From positions 10,602,001 to 10,666,000 of the forward strand of contig CATNEN010000039.1 in assembly GCA_950097015.1 (NCBI GenBank): a DNA stretch of 64,000 nt, written 5' to 3'. Shown piece by piece: positions 1-13,000 of this stretch. Position numbers and translations under genes: made by a program. The DNA is from Macrostomum hystrix (taxonomy: Eukaryota; Animalia; Platyhelminthes). Each line of letters opens with the position of its first letter. Position 1 is the first letter of the stretch. A model generated the notes under the pieces. That model saw nothing but the letters and a program-made list of their open reading frames with translations. It was not told where the DNA came from and did not search any database.

Positions 1-105
1 ATTCTGGTGGCATACTTTGAATTTGATAACAATTGGTCAGCTCCATTTTTTTATTTGGCCAAAAAGACCCCCAGTAGACCAGACCACAAGTCTCCTTGAT
101 AGGAG

Positions 106-377
106 CATACATGCGCAACACCCGGCCGAACCGGCCGGGTGAAACGAGGGCCAAGCAAGGTAAGTCGCAAAAACCAATTGACCAAGCGCAAAAAAATCAA
201 AGGGGGGACCAAGGGACAAAAAAGGAAGGCGTGAAGAAAAGGAAAAAGGGGAGAGAAAAAGAGAGCAAATGAGAGCAAACTAAGTCGTAAATAGAGCAAT
301 GAAATGAACTAAGTCGCAAATGAGAGCAAAAACTAAGTCGCACGGCCGGCTAAGATTTGGGAGGTTGCGCATGTATG
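106..377. mobile_element. hAT-type MITE family A, copy 1 (~272 bp)
   Basis: TIRs CATACATGCGCAAC...GTTGCGCATGTATG; 8-bp flanks GATAGGAG/GATAGGAA; near-identical copies at 2344 and 52920. Confidence 0.85.
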
Positions 378-674
378 GATAGGAACATACTTCTAACTAG
401 CTAATTGATAAATCAAAACTGGCACCTGTATACATGTAAAAAGGAACCAAATCAACATTAGATGTTTTAGGAATAAAACAATTGATATTGGCAATAATGA
501 CTACTTAATTAACTTGAACGAACGAAATTTTAGTAACAACTGATGTGGCAATGACTAATGATAAGCTATGACATTAACTTAAGGTAAAAATTGCAATCCA
601 GTACTACACTATTTCACTAATAATATCCAAATAATTAATAATTAATTAATAATTGATTACACCTGCCCCAATTG

Positions 675-900
675 GGTCAGATGTGCAGCCGACAGCACAG
701 CCGCAGCTAATGCGCGGCGCATCTGAAGGCTGCGTACAGCTGTTCAGTCCACACGGACTGGGGGGACGCCACACCCACCTTCAATTATCCCAGCTGATGC
801 TGGTACCCATTTAACAGCTGGGTGAACTGAAGCAATGCAGAGTTAAGTGTCTTGCTAAAGGACACAAATTGTTCCAGTGGAGTCGGGAATCGAACCCCTG
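675..900 (-). mobile_element. tRNA-derived SINE
   Basis: Minus strand reads B-box GGTTCGATTCCC, then GTGTCCTTTAGCAAGACACTTAAC and CACCCAGCTGTTAAATGGGTACC (CORE/Meta-like SINE body); similar copies at ~15865 and ~51370. Confidence 0.65.
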
Positions 901-1775
901 AAGTAAGTCTTCAAATATCCAAAAGTAAGTCTAGAACTTAACAGAAGCAAATAAATGACTGCTTTTTACTGCAATTGCCTAAATATAGTATCTATTTTTA
1001 TCAAACTTATATTTCATTTTATAGGGACTCTAGTGAGTGAAAAAAATGGAAAAAAAGAAAAAAGATAAAAAACAATGCTATGTTCTAATGAAAAAAAAAA
1101 CAAATTTTTTGTTAAGAAAATAAAGCTTACTATCAATAAAAAAATATATAATTTACTTTACAACAAGTGTTTATAGCTACAATTAGAGCAAAAACAAAAA
1201 AGTTATACAGTGCCAAAATTTGTTTTTAAGTATTCACTGTGTGATCAAAATTTAGACAAAAACTACCTTACATAGAACTTAAAAATTTTACAAATGCATT
1301 GATACTGAAATAAACAAATTAAAAATTAAGAAAGAGGATATAAAAATCTATATTAACAATTCTTTTTTAGTAAAATACAGTTTTTTTCCTTTGCATGTTT
1401 TTTGGTTGAAATTTTAATTTATTTTTTCAATCATTGTTTATAGTGTTTTCCAAATGTATCCCATTAAAATTTTATGTAGAATATGATATACTCAAACCTT
1501 TTTATTTTCCTTTAGCAAAATCTCTCAGAAACATGTTTCTCTAATGTACCCCTTTACACATTTCAGATGGCTTTTGCAATTGACTGTAAATAGTAAATTG
1601 ATGTCAATGCAACATCTATTTGTTAAGCTATGGAATAGGTATGGCTTTGCCACTTCTATAAAGCCAAAAGAGTTTTATATTGTAAAAAAATAAACACGTA
1701 TTTTTAGCATAGTGATCCTATTTGATGTAAAATCGAAATTTAATAGTTTAATACTGAGTGCTAATAGAAGATATT

Positions 1776-2280
1776 CACAAGGGGTGTTGCAAAAGTTACC
1801 GGACTAATGCTAATTCTGGTGACAATTTGTGTTTGATTTGGCTGAAAATTGATGTCTGTGGTATTCAGCCATAGAAAAGACTTTTCCTAAAATTTTATCC
1901 AGCTTAGTCAACCACAGCATACATGAGGGCCGAAATAGGTTGCAACCCTTGGAAGCTGTTGACACAATTTTTCACAAACCAAAAGTGAATGAAATTGAGT
2001 CAACCAAAGAATCCATCGGTGTTTGGGTCTAAGAAAGCCAGCTTCCAACTGCTCAACCACCCTGGATACATTCCCAATCTTGCCATTGCCAATTTCCACC
2101 TCTTTGGCCCAATGAAGATGCCAATGTGGGGCAAGATCTTCACAATGCTTGAGGAGGTCATTGAAGCAGCCAACAAGTCTCTACATCAGTTTGATGCCAG
2201 ATTCTGGGAGTCTGGCTTCAACAAGCTGATTGAGCGTTACTGAAAATGCATCTCCATAAATGGCAAATACATGGAGCAAG
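1776..2280 (+). mobile_element. Decayed, internally deleted mariner element
   Basis: ORF 1989-2243 LNHPGYIPNLAIANFHLFGPMK...FWESGFNKLIERY*KCI resembles the mariner transposase C-terminus (HPPYSPDLAPSDFHLF...GI.KL.ERW.KC); mariner-like end at ~1776. Confidence 0.7.
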
Positions 2281-2343
2281 CCAGGAATCAACCTGTGGAC
2301 GCATCCTATGATAGAAGCGACAGTGATAGTGATTGGTAGCTGT

Positions 2344-2635
2344 CATAGATGTGCAACACCTGGCCGAACTGGCCAGGTGAAACGAGTGCCAAGCAAGGTA
2401 AGTCGCAAAAACCAATCAACCAAGCGAAAAAAATCAAAGGGGGGACCAAGGGAGAAACAAGGAAGGTGTGAAGAAAAGGAAAAAGGGGAGAGAAAGAGAG
2501 AGCAAATGAGAGCAAACTAAGTCGTAAATAGAGCAATGAAATGAACTAAATCGCAAATGAGAGCAAACTAAGTTGTAAATAGAGCAAAAACTAAGTCACA
2601 CGGCTGGCTAAGATTTGGGAGGTTGCATATATATG
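2344..2635. mobile_element. hAT-type MITE family A, copy 2 (diverged)
   Basis: Body matches 106-377; TIRs CATAGATGTGCAAC...GTTGCATATATATG. Confidence 0.8.
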
Positions 2636-4501
2636 GTAGGCCCTAGCTGTAACTCAGAAATCATATTTCATGACTATAATAATCTAGTGTACAATCTACT
2701 CATTGTCTTAAGAATGGAAATTCAGAGACTAGTTGTTTAATAACTTGTGGTCACTACCATGATGTTGATGTGTGCATACTTTGACACATCACTTAGATTG
2801 ATTGACAGAAGGTGCAAGCCTTTCATTTTGTCTGAAAAACTTAATAACCAGCATAACCAACTAGAATCTCCAGCTAACCAATCAAGCTATAAGAAGCTCC
2901 TTAGATTTCAGATTTACTAGGCGTTGGACTAGGAGTAGGACAAGGTGGCTAGGCAGGCCTAATGTTTAAAGAAGTCCATCTATTCATATTGGCATCAATG
3001 TGAAAATATCATGTAAAGATATTATTTTTATAGGGCCTAGGCTAAATAACAAATGTATTTTTGCTTTGATTTTTGGCTTTTAGCTAACTAGCTAGCTATT
3101 TTAAAATGATTTAAAATTTAAATTTTTAACACAATTGTCAATAGAGACTATGCCTAGGTAGGGCCTAATTAAAAATAGATTTCAAACTGCAAGGACCATT
3201 ACATAAAGTTACCAGGCCCCTTTCAGAGATATATAAATGCTTACACTAATAGGCCTAACTCATGAAATTATACTATTAGAAGAATCCTATTCCCGAAATT
3301 TGTCAATGGACTGTATGTAAAAAGCCAAATGACATGATCTAGCTAGTCTACAATATGGGCGGCTAGGCTAGCTTAGTCATGTCTCGTTGTCTGCCTCCGA
3401 ACGTGAGTCTGATGTAGTTAGTAACTGTTCTTGTGTACAATAAAGCCATACAGCGGTAGACTTTTTAGGCATTAATCGCGTCATAAGTAATAATCAATCA
3501 ACCAACACTAAAAATCTTGCCGGGCCCTAGGGCCCCATGCTTTTGGGAGAATTTATGGCGGTGAGTCTATTTAAATCTACAACTCAAAAGAAATATCGAA
3601 GTAAAATATCTAAGCCGAATGTTGTTTCATTGGAATTTATTGCAATAAAAAATAATTTTTTTAACGTAATATTTACAGTTTAAGATGAACTCTGCTTCTT
3701 TTGTTTAAATAAACTGTTTGTGTAAAGTTCATATTTGAGTTAGTCAATTTATAAGAAAAGTCCTGCTTTCAAGGTGCACTTTTAATTAAGAAAATGTAAA
3801 CAATTACACTATTCACGTAATCATCTTTGCGTAGTATAGTAGGATAACTTTACTACTACTGAACAGATAATTGTAACTAAAGCTTTTTAGTGAGTTGAAC
3901 GAAACAGTTAAATGTTTACATTTCTAGAAATAATAAATGAATAATGCAATTATATACAGAGTAGCGGAATATGATAGATTTAGAATATTTAGAAGAAAAC
4001 GTGCAGCCTGTTTTGAAGAAGTTTTTTATTTCAGAAGCTAGCAGTAAAAAAATAATCAAGTGAAGCTGTAACTTTGCATCACAATTTCCAAAAAATAACC
4101 TACATAAGAGCCAGTTTCTTAAAAAATTATATGTGATGTAATTGGGTCTTATTCTTAACCCTAGAAATAAATATATTTCCTGCAACTGTGCCCTTTAAAT
4201 GAGCATTTATGCATTCTTTTTATTTTTTTACCCTAGCAATTGTATATTGAGTCGTGTTGTCCTAGCTAATGATTGTAAGCTTTGACTACTAATCAATGTT
4301 AATATTTTTACTAGTTAATTTTTATAGCTAGCAAATAATCTTGTAAAGTTCAAGATTCCACTGTCACATTTAGCAGAAAATATCAGGTTGCAATCTGCGT
4401 CTAATAAAAACCCGGAGACCAAGAGCTAAAGTTTTCGTTTGAAGTAAGCGATCTCATACTTTCCTCAATAATTGTCAATTAAAATATTCTCAAATTTCCA
4501 G

Positions 4502-7500
4502 TCATCTGGCAAGCAGTTGATTCGCAGCCGCAGTGGGCTCCGCATGGTAGCGCCTCCGGACGCCAACGCGACTGTCTCCGAGCCATTGCCTTTGTCGCTA
4601 GACGAGCCAGCCTGGCAGAGCGACAGCGACTGTCCCAGCTGCCGCCACTGCAACGCCCGGTTCAGCCTTGCTAACCGGCGGCATCACTGTCGGCGCTGCG
4701 GAGTTTGCGCCTGCAACGACTGCTGCCAGCGCCTTCTGCCTTTGCCGAGGATGGGCTTCGTTGATCCTGTGCGGCACTGCGAGGCCTGCGCCGCGGCAAC
4801 TCAAAGCGAGTCCAACTTCTACAGTCGACAGATTCGCCTACTTAGCGCTGGCTGCGGGTTCGAGTTGACAACCGGCTCGGAGGAGGCTCACGAGGCTGGA
4901 TTCGTTGTCTGTCGCCTGTCGCCCGATCAGCGGTGAGAATTCTAGGATTCCCCATCTCAAGTTGGGCTTCCAAATTTGAGATTCGGGGATTCCCCGTCTT
5001 TAAATAGGCTACCCAATCAGAAGATTCCGGGATTCCCCATCCCTAGTTGGAGTTTCAAAATTTAAGATTCGGGTATTCCACGTCCTTAAAGTGGGTAGCC
5101 AATCATAGGATTCCGGTATTCCCCATCCCAATTTGGGGTCTCCCAAGTTAAGATTTATGGACCATAAAGGGGCTACCCAATCAGAGGATTCGAAGATTAC
5201 CCATTATAAGTGCGGGTTTCTCGATTCGGAAAGTTTGGGCATTCGCTATTCGTAGAAAGTGTTTTCAGATTTTCGTGGAAAGCGATGTTTAATCATATAT
5301 GATCGCTTAGCATTTTATCAGGCTAAGAAACCTTTAACTGTTATCATTCTCGCCAAATTTTCAGCTATCTCCAATTCGAAGGCGTCTCTGCTGCTAAGGC
5401 GGATCCCGTACCGTTATTGGCTATTGAAAATTGCAGCATTGTCACAACTGAGGAATCCGACTGTGAGTTTCAGATCTAGAACTCTATAGCGGTAACCGTA
5501 GCTAGACTTGTAGTGATAATCACAGCTGGAATCGAAACCAAATCTTAACCTGATTCAAAGTAGACATTGCTGTCCGAAACAAAGCAGGAATCGCAGCTAA
5601 AATCGCAGCTAGAACCGCAACAGGAATCGCAGCAGGAATCGTAGCAGGAATCGCTTTTTGAATTGCAGCTAGAATCGTAGCAGGAATCGCTGCTGGAATC
5701 GCAGCTAGAATCGCAGCTAGAATCGTAGCTGGAATCGTAACAGGAATCGCAGCTGGAATCGCAGATTGAATCGAAGCTGGAATCGCAGCTGGAATCGTAG
5801 CAGGAATCGCAGCAGTAATCGAAGCAGGAATCGTAGCAGGAATTGCTGCTGGAATCGCAGCTAGAGTCGTAGCTAGAATCCCAGCTAGAATCGTAGCAGG
5901 AATCGCGGCTGGAATCGCAGCTTGAATCGAAGCTGGAATCGTAGCTGGAATCGCAGCCAGAATGGCAGCTGGAATCGTAGCAGGAATCGCAGCAGTAATC
6001 GAAGCAGGAATCGAAGCTGGAATCGTAGCTGGAATCGCAGCCAGAATCGCAGCTGGAATCGTAGCTGGAATCGCAGCCAGAATCGCAGCTAGAACCGCAA
6101 CAGGAATCACAGCAGGAATCGTAGCAGGAATCGCTTCTTGAATTGCAGCTAGAATCGTAGCAGGAATCGCTGCTGGAATCGCAGCAATATTTATATTTAG
6201 AATCTTACTCATAATCTGTCGCGACTTTCGTCTCTGCCTTCTGTCCTCTATTCACTCTTTCGTTCTCTGCACTTTTCTTGTTTACATCGTCCAAGTCAAT
6301 CTACTTCTTTCTCTCTCGTTTTCTGTGCGGCTGATCTCTCATTCCCTATCCTTTCTTCCTTTCCTCCTTTCTGATTGGTCCGCCGCTCACATTATAGCCT
6401 CCTCTCCTACCCTCAGTCGCGCACTCTTTTGTTATCGTACCGCCAACCTCCTCCAGTCTGTCCAACTTAACCATGTTTAAATATATAGTCCAGGGCACAA
6501 CGCACTCTCACTTTTCACTGGACTTCGCTACTCTCCATAAGCTACCTGCAGGCGAGCTAGACAATTGAGTCTGTCTCTCTCAGTTTTCTTGACATAATCG
6601 AAACTAGAATCGCAGCGAAGTACTAATATTATAACACAAATCACCGTCGCATTACCCAAGCGAGCAGCCTGCCCTGCGGTTTTCGTCTGCGTTGGCGGAA
6701 CTCTGCCGGCGAGACGATCAACGCTCAGGTGGTAAATCGACGCCCGGAGACTCGGCGAGCCATCCTAGCATGGATTGGCGCTCTGCAAACTGTGAGCTGC
6801 TGTTCCGTGTTCACATTTTTTAAGTTTCCAGATCTTTTTACATCCCAAATTCTTTTATGGTCCCACTCCCCTCCCACATCCCAGATCCTGCTATTCTCCC
6901 ACTCCCCTCCCACATCCCAGATCCTCATATTCTCCCACTCCCCTCCCACATCCCAAATCCTCATATTCTCCCACTCCCACATCCCAGATCCTCATATTCT
7001 CCCACTCCCCTCCCACATCCCTGATCCTCATATTCTCCCACTCCCCTCCCACGTCCCTGATCCTCATATTCTCCCACTCTCTCACACATCCCGGATCCTC
7101 ATATTCTCCCACTCCCTCCCACATCCCAGATCCTCATATTCTCCCACTCCCTCCCACATCCCAGATCCTCATATTCTCCCACTCCCTCCCACATCCCAGA
7201 TCCTCATATTCTCCCACTCCCTCCCACGTCCCTGATCCTCATATTCTCCCACTCTCTCACACATCCCGGATCCTCATATTCTCCCACTCCCTCCCACATC
7301 CCAGATCCTCATATTCTCCCACTCCCTCCCACATCCCAGATCCTCATATTCTCCCACTCCCTCCCACATCCCGGATCCTCATATTCTCCCACTCCCCTCC
7401 CACATCCCAGATCCTCATATTCTCCCACTCCCTCCCACATCCGAGATCCTCATATTCTCCCACTCCCCTCCCACATCCCGGATCCTCATATTCTCCCACT

Positions 7501-7811
7501 CCCCTCCCACATCCCGGATCCTCATATTCTCCCACTCCCCTCCCACGTCCCTGATCCTCATATTCTCCCACTCCCTCCCACATCCTGCAGATCCTCATAT
7601 TCTCCCACTCCCTCCCACATCCCAGATCCTCATATTGTCCCACCCTCCTCTTAACTTGTAAATTCCACACCCTTATTCCTAATATCTGATCGTATTTCAA
7701 GTTTATCCGAAATTCTCTCGGATCCGTTTTCTCTAAAACTTTCAGGCCATGAGGATAGTCAGTGATTTCAAACGGCGATCGATGATTGACTGCTCAGTTG
7801 ATTCGCAATAA
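4502..7811 (+). CDS. ZFYVE21: Zinc finger FYVE domain-containing protein 21; exons 4502-4932, 5365-5462, 6661-6791, 7746-7811
   Basis: KQLIRSRSGLRMV N-terminal motif, FYVE (WQSD..C..C...RRHHCRRCG..C..CC...RMGFVDPVRHCEAC), CRLSPDQR|YLQF and AWIGAL. GT-AG introns with consistent phases 2,1,0. No ATG before the conserved N-terminus (see findings). Confidence 0.9.
5580..6185. repeat. 12-bp minisatellite (GCAGGAATCGCA-like), ZFYVE21 intron 2
   Basis: Direct tandem repeats; source of spurious ORF 5520-6212. Confidence 0.9.
6840..7640. repeat. 35-36-bp minisatellite (CCCAGATCCTCATATTCTCCCACTCCCTCCCACAT), ZFYVE21 intron 3
   Basis: Direct tandem repeats. Confidence 0.95.
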
Positions 7812-8924
7812 AAATACTTATCGCCTATCCCTGCAGGTAACGCTTTATTTAGAGCTCCGTAATCGGACTTAGAAGTACTTTGTTTTTTTATTAGCAATCG
7901 CGATTAGCAGCGTGAGTTTGCCGTGTCAATAAGGTTATTTTAAATATTGGCCTATCGAAGCTATTTAACTTGGTTTCTAAAAAAAGCAATATTTTATACA
8001 ACTTTTTTTGCGGATAAAAAAAACCTAGCTTATAATTTTCTCTGCCAATCAAAATTGATCGAATTCGTCTACCGAAGATTATGCCTTAAATCCCTTCCGA
8101 TTTCATTTTTATTTGCTACAACTTTTTCCCCTCGTTTTCCGAGTTTTGCTACGGTTTTCATTAGGCGGAATTTTTTGAAGCCTAAGTTAATCTCGTTTTC
8201 GCTTTGATTAACGAAACTATTTCTACATTATCAGGAAATCAACAAAGAGCTAATATTTTATGTTAGCAATATTTTTACAACAGATTCTAAAGGCACTACT
8301 CGTCATTTGCTGTAATGCTTAAGTAGTACGGAAAGCATTATGCCACTATATTTTATGGATCCCAGATAGAAATCTTGGATCATTATTCGCGTTTTTTGTG
8401 CAACTGAATATTCAAAAGGCTATCCCAATTATTTGACAATAATTTAGTTTTACACATGGAATCTCTGCTTATTGGTATATAATTTTTATCATAAAAATAT
8501 AGCTTTTAGTCTGCAGGTAATAATTAGATTTTTTTCCTAATCACATCGGAAAATGAAATTGACGCAAAATTTTCCGCGTTAAAAAAGTAAAAGTTTTATG
8601 ACATTTACAGTCTTTGTGTAGATCTTCTGTTTTTTTTCAGGTCATTGTTTAAAGGGTATGTGAAGGGTAAAGGGTACGTCCAATGACGTTCTATAAATGG
8701 AGCCCCGGTGCTGCAGTCTAAGTATTTGCAGTTAACAATTTACTCATGCATCCTAATAAAAACGTTCTAAAAACTGACAGTTTTATTAGTGAAAAAATAA
8801 TAAATGGTTTGTTTGTACTCAACTAACAATTTGATATTTGCAAGACATAAATAGCCTGGAGATCTTTGACTGACAGTATTTATTTAGGCTCATATTAGCT
8901 CGTAATTCAGCGAAAACAGTTCAC

Positions 8925-10005
8925 TCCTTCGCTTCCAGTCTCCGCCCCTTCGCTTCCAGTCTCCGCCCCTTCTCTTTCAGTCTCCGCCCCTTCTCTTCCA
9001 GTCTCCGCCCCTTCACTTCCAGTCTCCGCCCCTTCTCCTCCAGTCTCCGCCCCTTCACTTCCAGTCTCCGCCCCTTCACTTTCAGTCTCCGCCCCTTCTC
9101 CTCCAGTCTCCGCCCCTTCACTTCCAGTCTCCGCCCCTTCTCCTCCAGTCTCCGCCCCTTCACTTCCAGTCTCCGCCCCTTCACTTTCAGTCTCCGCCCC
9201 TTCTCCTCCAGTCTCCGCCCCTTCACTTCCAGTCTCCGCCCCTTCGCTTCAAGTCTCCGCCCCTTCTCTTCCAGTCTCCGCCCCTTCTCTTCCAGTCTCC
9301 GCCCCTTCTCTTTCAGTCTCCGCCCCTTCGCTTCCAGTCTCCGCCCCTTCTCTTTCAGTCTCCGCCCCTTCTCTTCCAGTCTCCGCCCCTTCACTTTCAG
9401 TCTCCGCCCCTTCTCCTCCAGTCTCCGCCCCTTCACTTCCAGTCTCCGCCCCTTCTCCTCCAGTCTCCGCCCCTTCACTTCCAGTCTCCGCCCCTTCACT
9501 TTCAGTCTCCGCCCCTTCTCCTCCAGTCTCCGCCCCTTCACTTCCAGTCTCCGCCCCTTCGCTTCAAGTCTCCGCCCCTTCTCTTCCAGTCTCCGCCCCT
9601 TCTCTTCCAGTCTCCGCCCCTTCTCTTTCAGTCTCCGCCCCTTCGCTTCCAGTCTCCGCCCCTTCTCTTTCAGTCTCCGCCCCTTCTCTTCCAGTCTCCG
9701 CCCCTTCTCTTCCAGTCTCCGCCCCTTCTCTTCCAGTCTCCGCCCCTTCACTTCCAGTCTCCGCCCCTTCTCTTTCAGTCTCCGCCCCTTCTCTTCCAGT
9801 CTCCGCCCCTTCTCCTCCAGTCTCCGCCCCTTCACTTTCAGTCTCCGCCCCTTCTCTTCAAGTCTCCGCCCCTTCTCTTCCAGTCTCCGCCCCTTCTCTT
9901 CAAGTCTCCGCCCCTTCACTTCCAGTCTCCGCCCCTTCTCCTCCAGTCTCCGCCCCTTCTCTTCAAGTCTCCGCCCCTTCACTTTCAGTCTCCGCCCCTT
10001 CTCCG
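8925..10005. repeat. 21-bp minisatellite (CCAGTCTCCGCCCCTTCTCTT)
   Basis: About 50 tandem copies just downstream of the lectin-like gene stop. Confidence 0.95.
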
Positions 10006-10017
10006 CCCTGCCTCTGC

Positions 10018-13000
10018 TCAGACCTCAACGCATACTCGAGCCGCCTCGGCGCTGCGGCAGTCGGTCACTTCGAAGGAGGCGCCGGCCGTGGCGAAGACGC
10101 AGTCGCCGCCGCTGACGTCGCCGAGCAGCGTGGAGCTCAGCGACCAGTCCGAGGCGTTCAGCGGGCTGCCGTCCGCCCAGCCCCAGAGGGCGGGCAGCCA
10201 GCGGAAGCCTCCCACCAGCAGCTCGAGGCCCACGCGACCGTCGAGAGCCGACTGCAGCTGCGGCAACCAGCCTGACAGCCCGGCGGCGTCCGCGGGGACG
10301 CCACCGCCCCGCTGGCAGAGCTCCGCCAGGCCACCGATGTCGCCCTCCGAGCCCGCAGTCGAGTTCGTCAGGAACCAGCCGGACCCGTCTGCGAAATCGA
10401 GGACGCACAACTCGAGTTAGGATAAAGACAGCAGCTGAAGTCAGGACAAAGACTTAACCTAGCACAGTTGCTGCAGTCATTCAGGACAAAAACTCACTCT
10501 GGCACTGCAGCTGCTGGACAATGACTCACTGTGGCACAGCAGCTGCAGTCAGTCAGTCAGGACAAAGACTCACTCTGGCGCAGCAGCTGAAGTCAGTCAG
10601 TCAGGACAAGACTCACTCTGGCATAGCAGCTGCAGTCAGTCAGTCAGGACAAAGACTCACTCTGACACAGCAGCTGCAGTCAGTCAGTCAGCACAAAGAC
10701 TCACTCTGGCGCAGCAGCTGCAGTCAGTCAGTCAGGACAAAGACTCACTCTGGCATAGCAGCTGAAGTCAGTCAGTCAGGACAAAGACTCACTCTGGCAT
10801 AGCAGCTGAAGTCAGTCAGTCAGGACAAAGACTCACTCTGGCATAGCAGCTGAAGTCAGTCAGTCAGGACAAGACTCACTCTGGCATAGCAGCTGAAGTC
10901 AGTCAGTCAGGACAAGACTCACTCTGGCATAGCAGCTGCAGTCAGTCAGCCAGGACAAAGACTCACTCTGGCACAGCAGCTGCAGTCAGTCAGTCAGCAC
11001 AAAGACTCACTCTGGCGCAGCAGCTGCAGTCAGTCAGTCAGCACAAAGACTCACTCTGGCGCAGCAGCTGCAGTCAGTCAGTCAGCACAAAGACTCACTC
11101 TGGCGCAGCAGCTGCAGTCAGTCAGTCAGCACAAAGACTCACTCTGGCGCAGCAGCTGCAGTCAGTCAGTCAGGACAAAGACTCACTCTGGCGCAGCAGC
11201 TGCAGTCAGTCAGTCAGGACAAAGACTCACTCTGGCATAGCAGCTGCACATCGTGAGCACCAGCGGGCCATCTGCAGCCGTGGGGCAGCAGCCGGAGCTC
11301 CGTCAGGTTGGCTGCCAGACAGTTCGCTCCCGGGAGCGGCGTTAGCGACTCCGCGATAGGCAGCGCCGGGGACGAGCCGGGGACGCCGAGCACCGGGTCG
11401 ACGGACACCCACGGAGCGTCGGCGGCCACTTGCGACTTGCGGCTCAGGGCGAGTAGGACGCGAGCGCTGCGACATGCGGTCGGGATTTCAGAGCAACTCA
11501 CGCCTCTGTGGATCCCAGATCCCATGCTGCATTCCCTGAATCCCAGATCCCATGCTGCAGTCCGTGGATCCCAGATCCCAAGCTACAGTCCGTGAATCCC
11601 AGATCCCCATCATGCAGTCCTATAAATCCCAGATCCCATGCTGCAGTCCTATAAATCCCAGATCCCATCATGCAGTCCTATAAATCCCAGATCCCCATCA
11701 TTCAGTCCTATAAATCCCAGATCCCATCATGCAGTCCTATAAATCCCAGATCCCATCATGCAGTCCTATAAATCCCAGATCCCATGCTGCAGTCCTATAA
11801 ATCCCAGATCCCATGTTCCCCAATCCCAAGATCGAATTCTCCCAGCTCACCCCGGTCGCAGTCCGGTCAGCCAGCCCGACAGTCCGGCCGCCCGCCGAAG
11901 CTCGTCGCCAGTTCGGAGCGCCAGTCTGCAGTTCGAGGTCGCAAGGCTGCCGACACCGCCAGCTCCTGGCCAGCCGCCGACATCGGTCAGCAGCTCGAGC
12001 CGCAGGCAGTCGGGACCAACGCAGCTACGCCAGCTGAGGTAGCCGCGGCAGCGCCAGTCGAGCAGCGGGTTGGCCTGGCGCCACTGCGACTCGCCAGCCG
12101 AGCAGTTGAACACCAGCAGTTGCGTCCAGCCGGCAGCCGTCAGGAACCGAACGTTCGGGTTGCTCAGCGTCACCACCATGTCCACAGGCTGGGGAAAATT
12201 GGCCAGAAATGCCCAGGTGCCAGTGGCGTAGCTGCTGGCCATAGACATTACAAACCGCAGAGAGCTGTCACTGCAGGACATCCGGTCCTTCAAATCAAAG
12301 CCTCGACATCCTCCTGTAATTTGCACGATGTAAATTTACAGAACACCTCCCAGCTCCTCTGACTCACCTCCCAGCTCCTCTGAATCACTTCCCAGCTCCT
12401 CTGACCTCACCTCCCAGCTCCTCTGACTCACCTCCCAGCTCCTCTGAATCACTTCCCAGCTCCTCTGACCTCACCTCCCAGCTCCTCTGACTCACCTCCC
12501 AGCTCCTCTGACTCACCTCCCAGCTCCTCTGACTCACCTCCCAGCTCCTCTGACTCACCTCCCAGCTCCTCTGACTCACCTCCCAGCGGCCGCCTGCTCA
12601 GCCTGAACATCCCCGCCCGGAGGTCCTCGCAAGCCGCCGGCAGCACTTGGGCTCCGCTCGGCTTCGCCTCGCCTATCGCGCAGTCGGCGGCCGAGGCGGG
12701 CCGCCTCATCAGCAGCTCGGCGAAGGTCCAGTTGTTCTCGACGTCGATCTCGGCGCCGTCCAGCCACCTCCACGACTGCCGTGGGTCGGCGAACACCCCG
12801 ACGAAGGCGTCACAGCCGGCCATCTCCCCGAGGATGCCGGAGCTGCCGATGGCCTCCGACCAGCCGCTGCCGCCGTCAGCCGCGAACTCCGGGAAGGCGA
12901 GGCCGAGCGAGCGGCTCCGGCAGAGGCCGTCCGCCTCCGAGATCGAGCCGAAGGAGGCGTTGCTGGAGCTCCGCAGCAGCTGCAGATCGGAGCCGTCTGC

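Noticed and set aside
7830-8645. Possible 3' UTR intron of ZFYVE21 (CAG|GTAAC at 7837, T-rich acceptor at 8640)
   Set aside because: AATAAA already overlaps the stop codon at ~7807, and the intron cannot be supported without transcript data.
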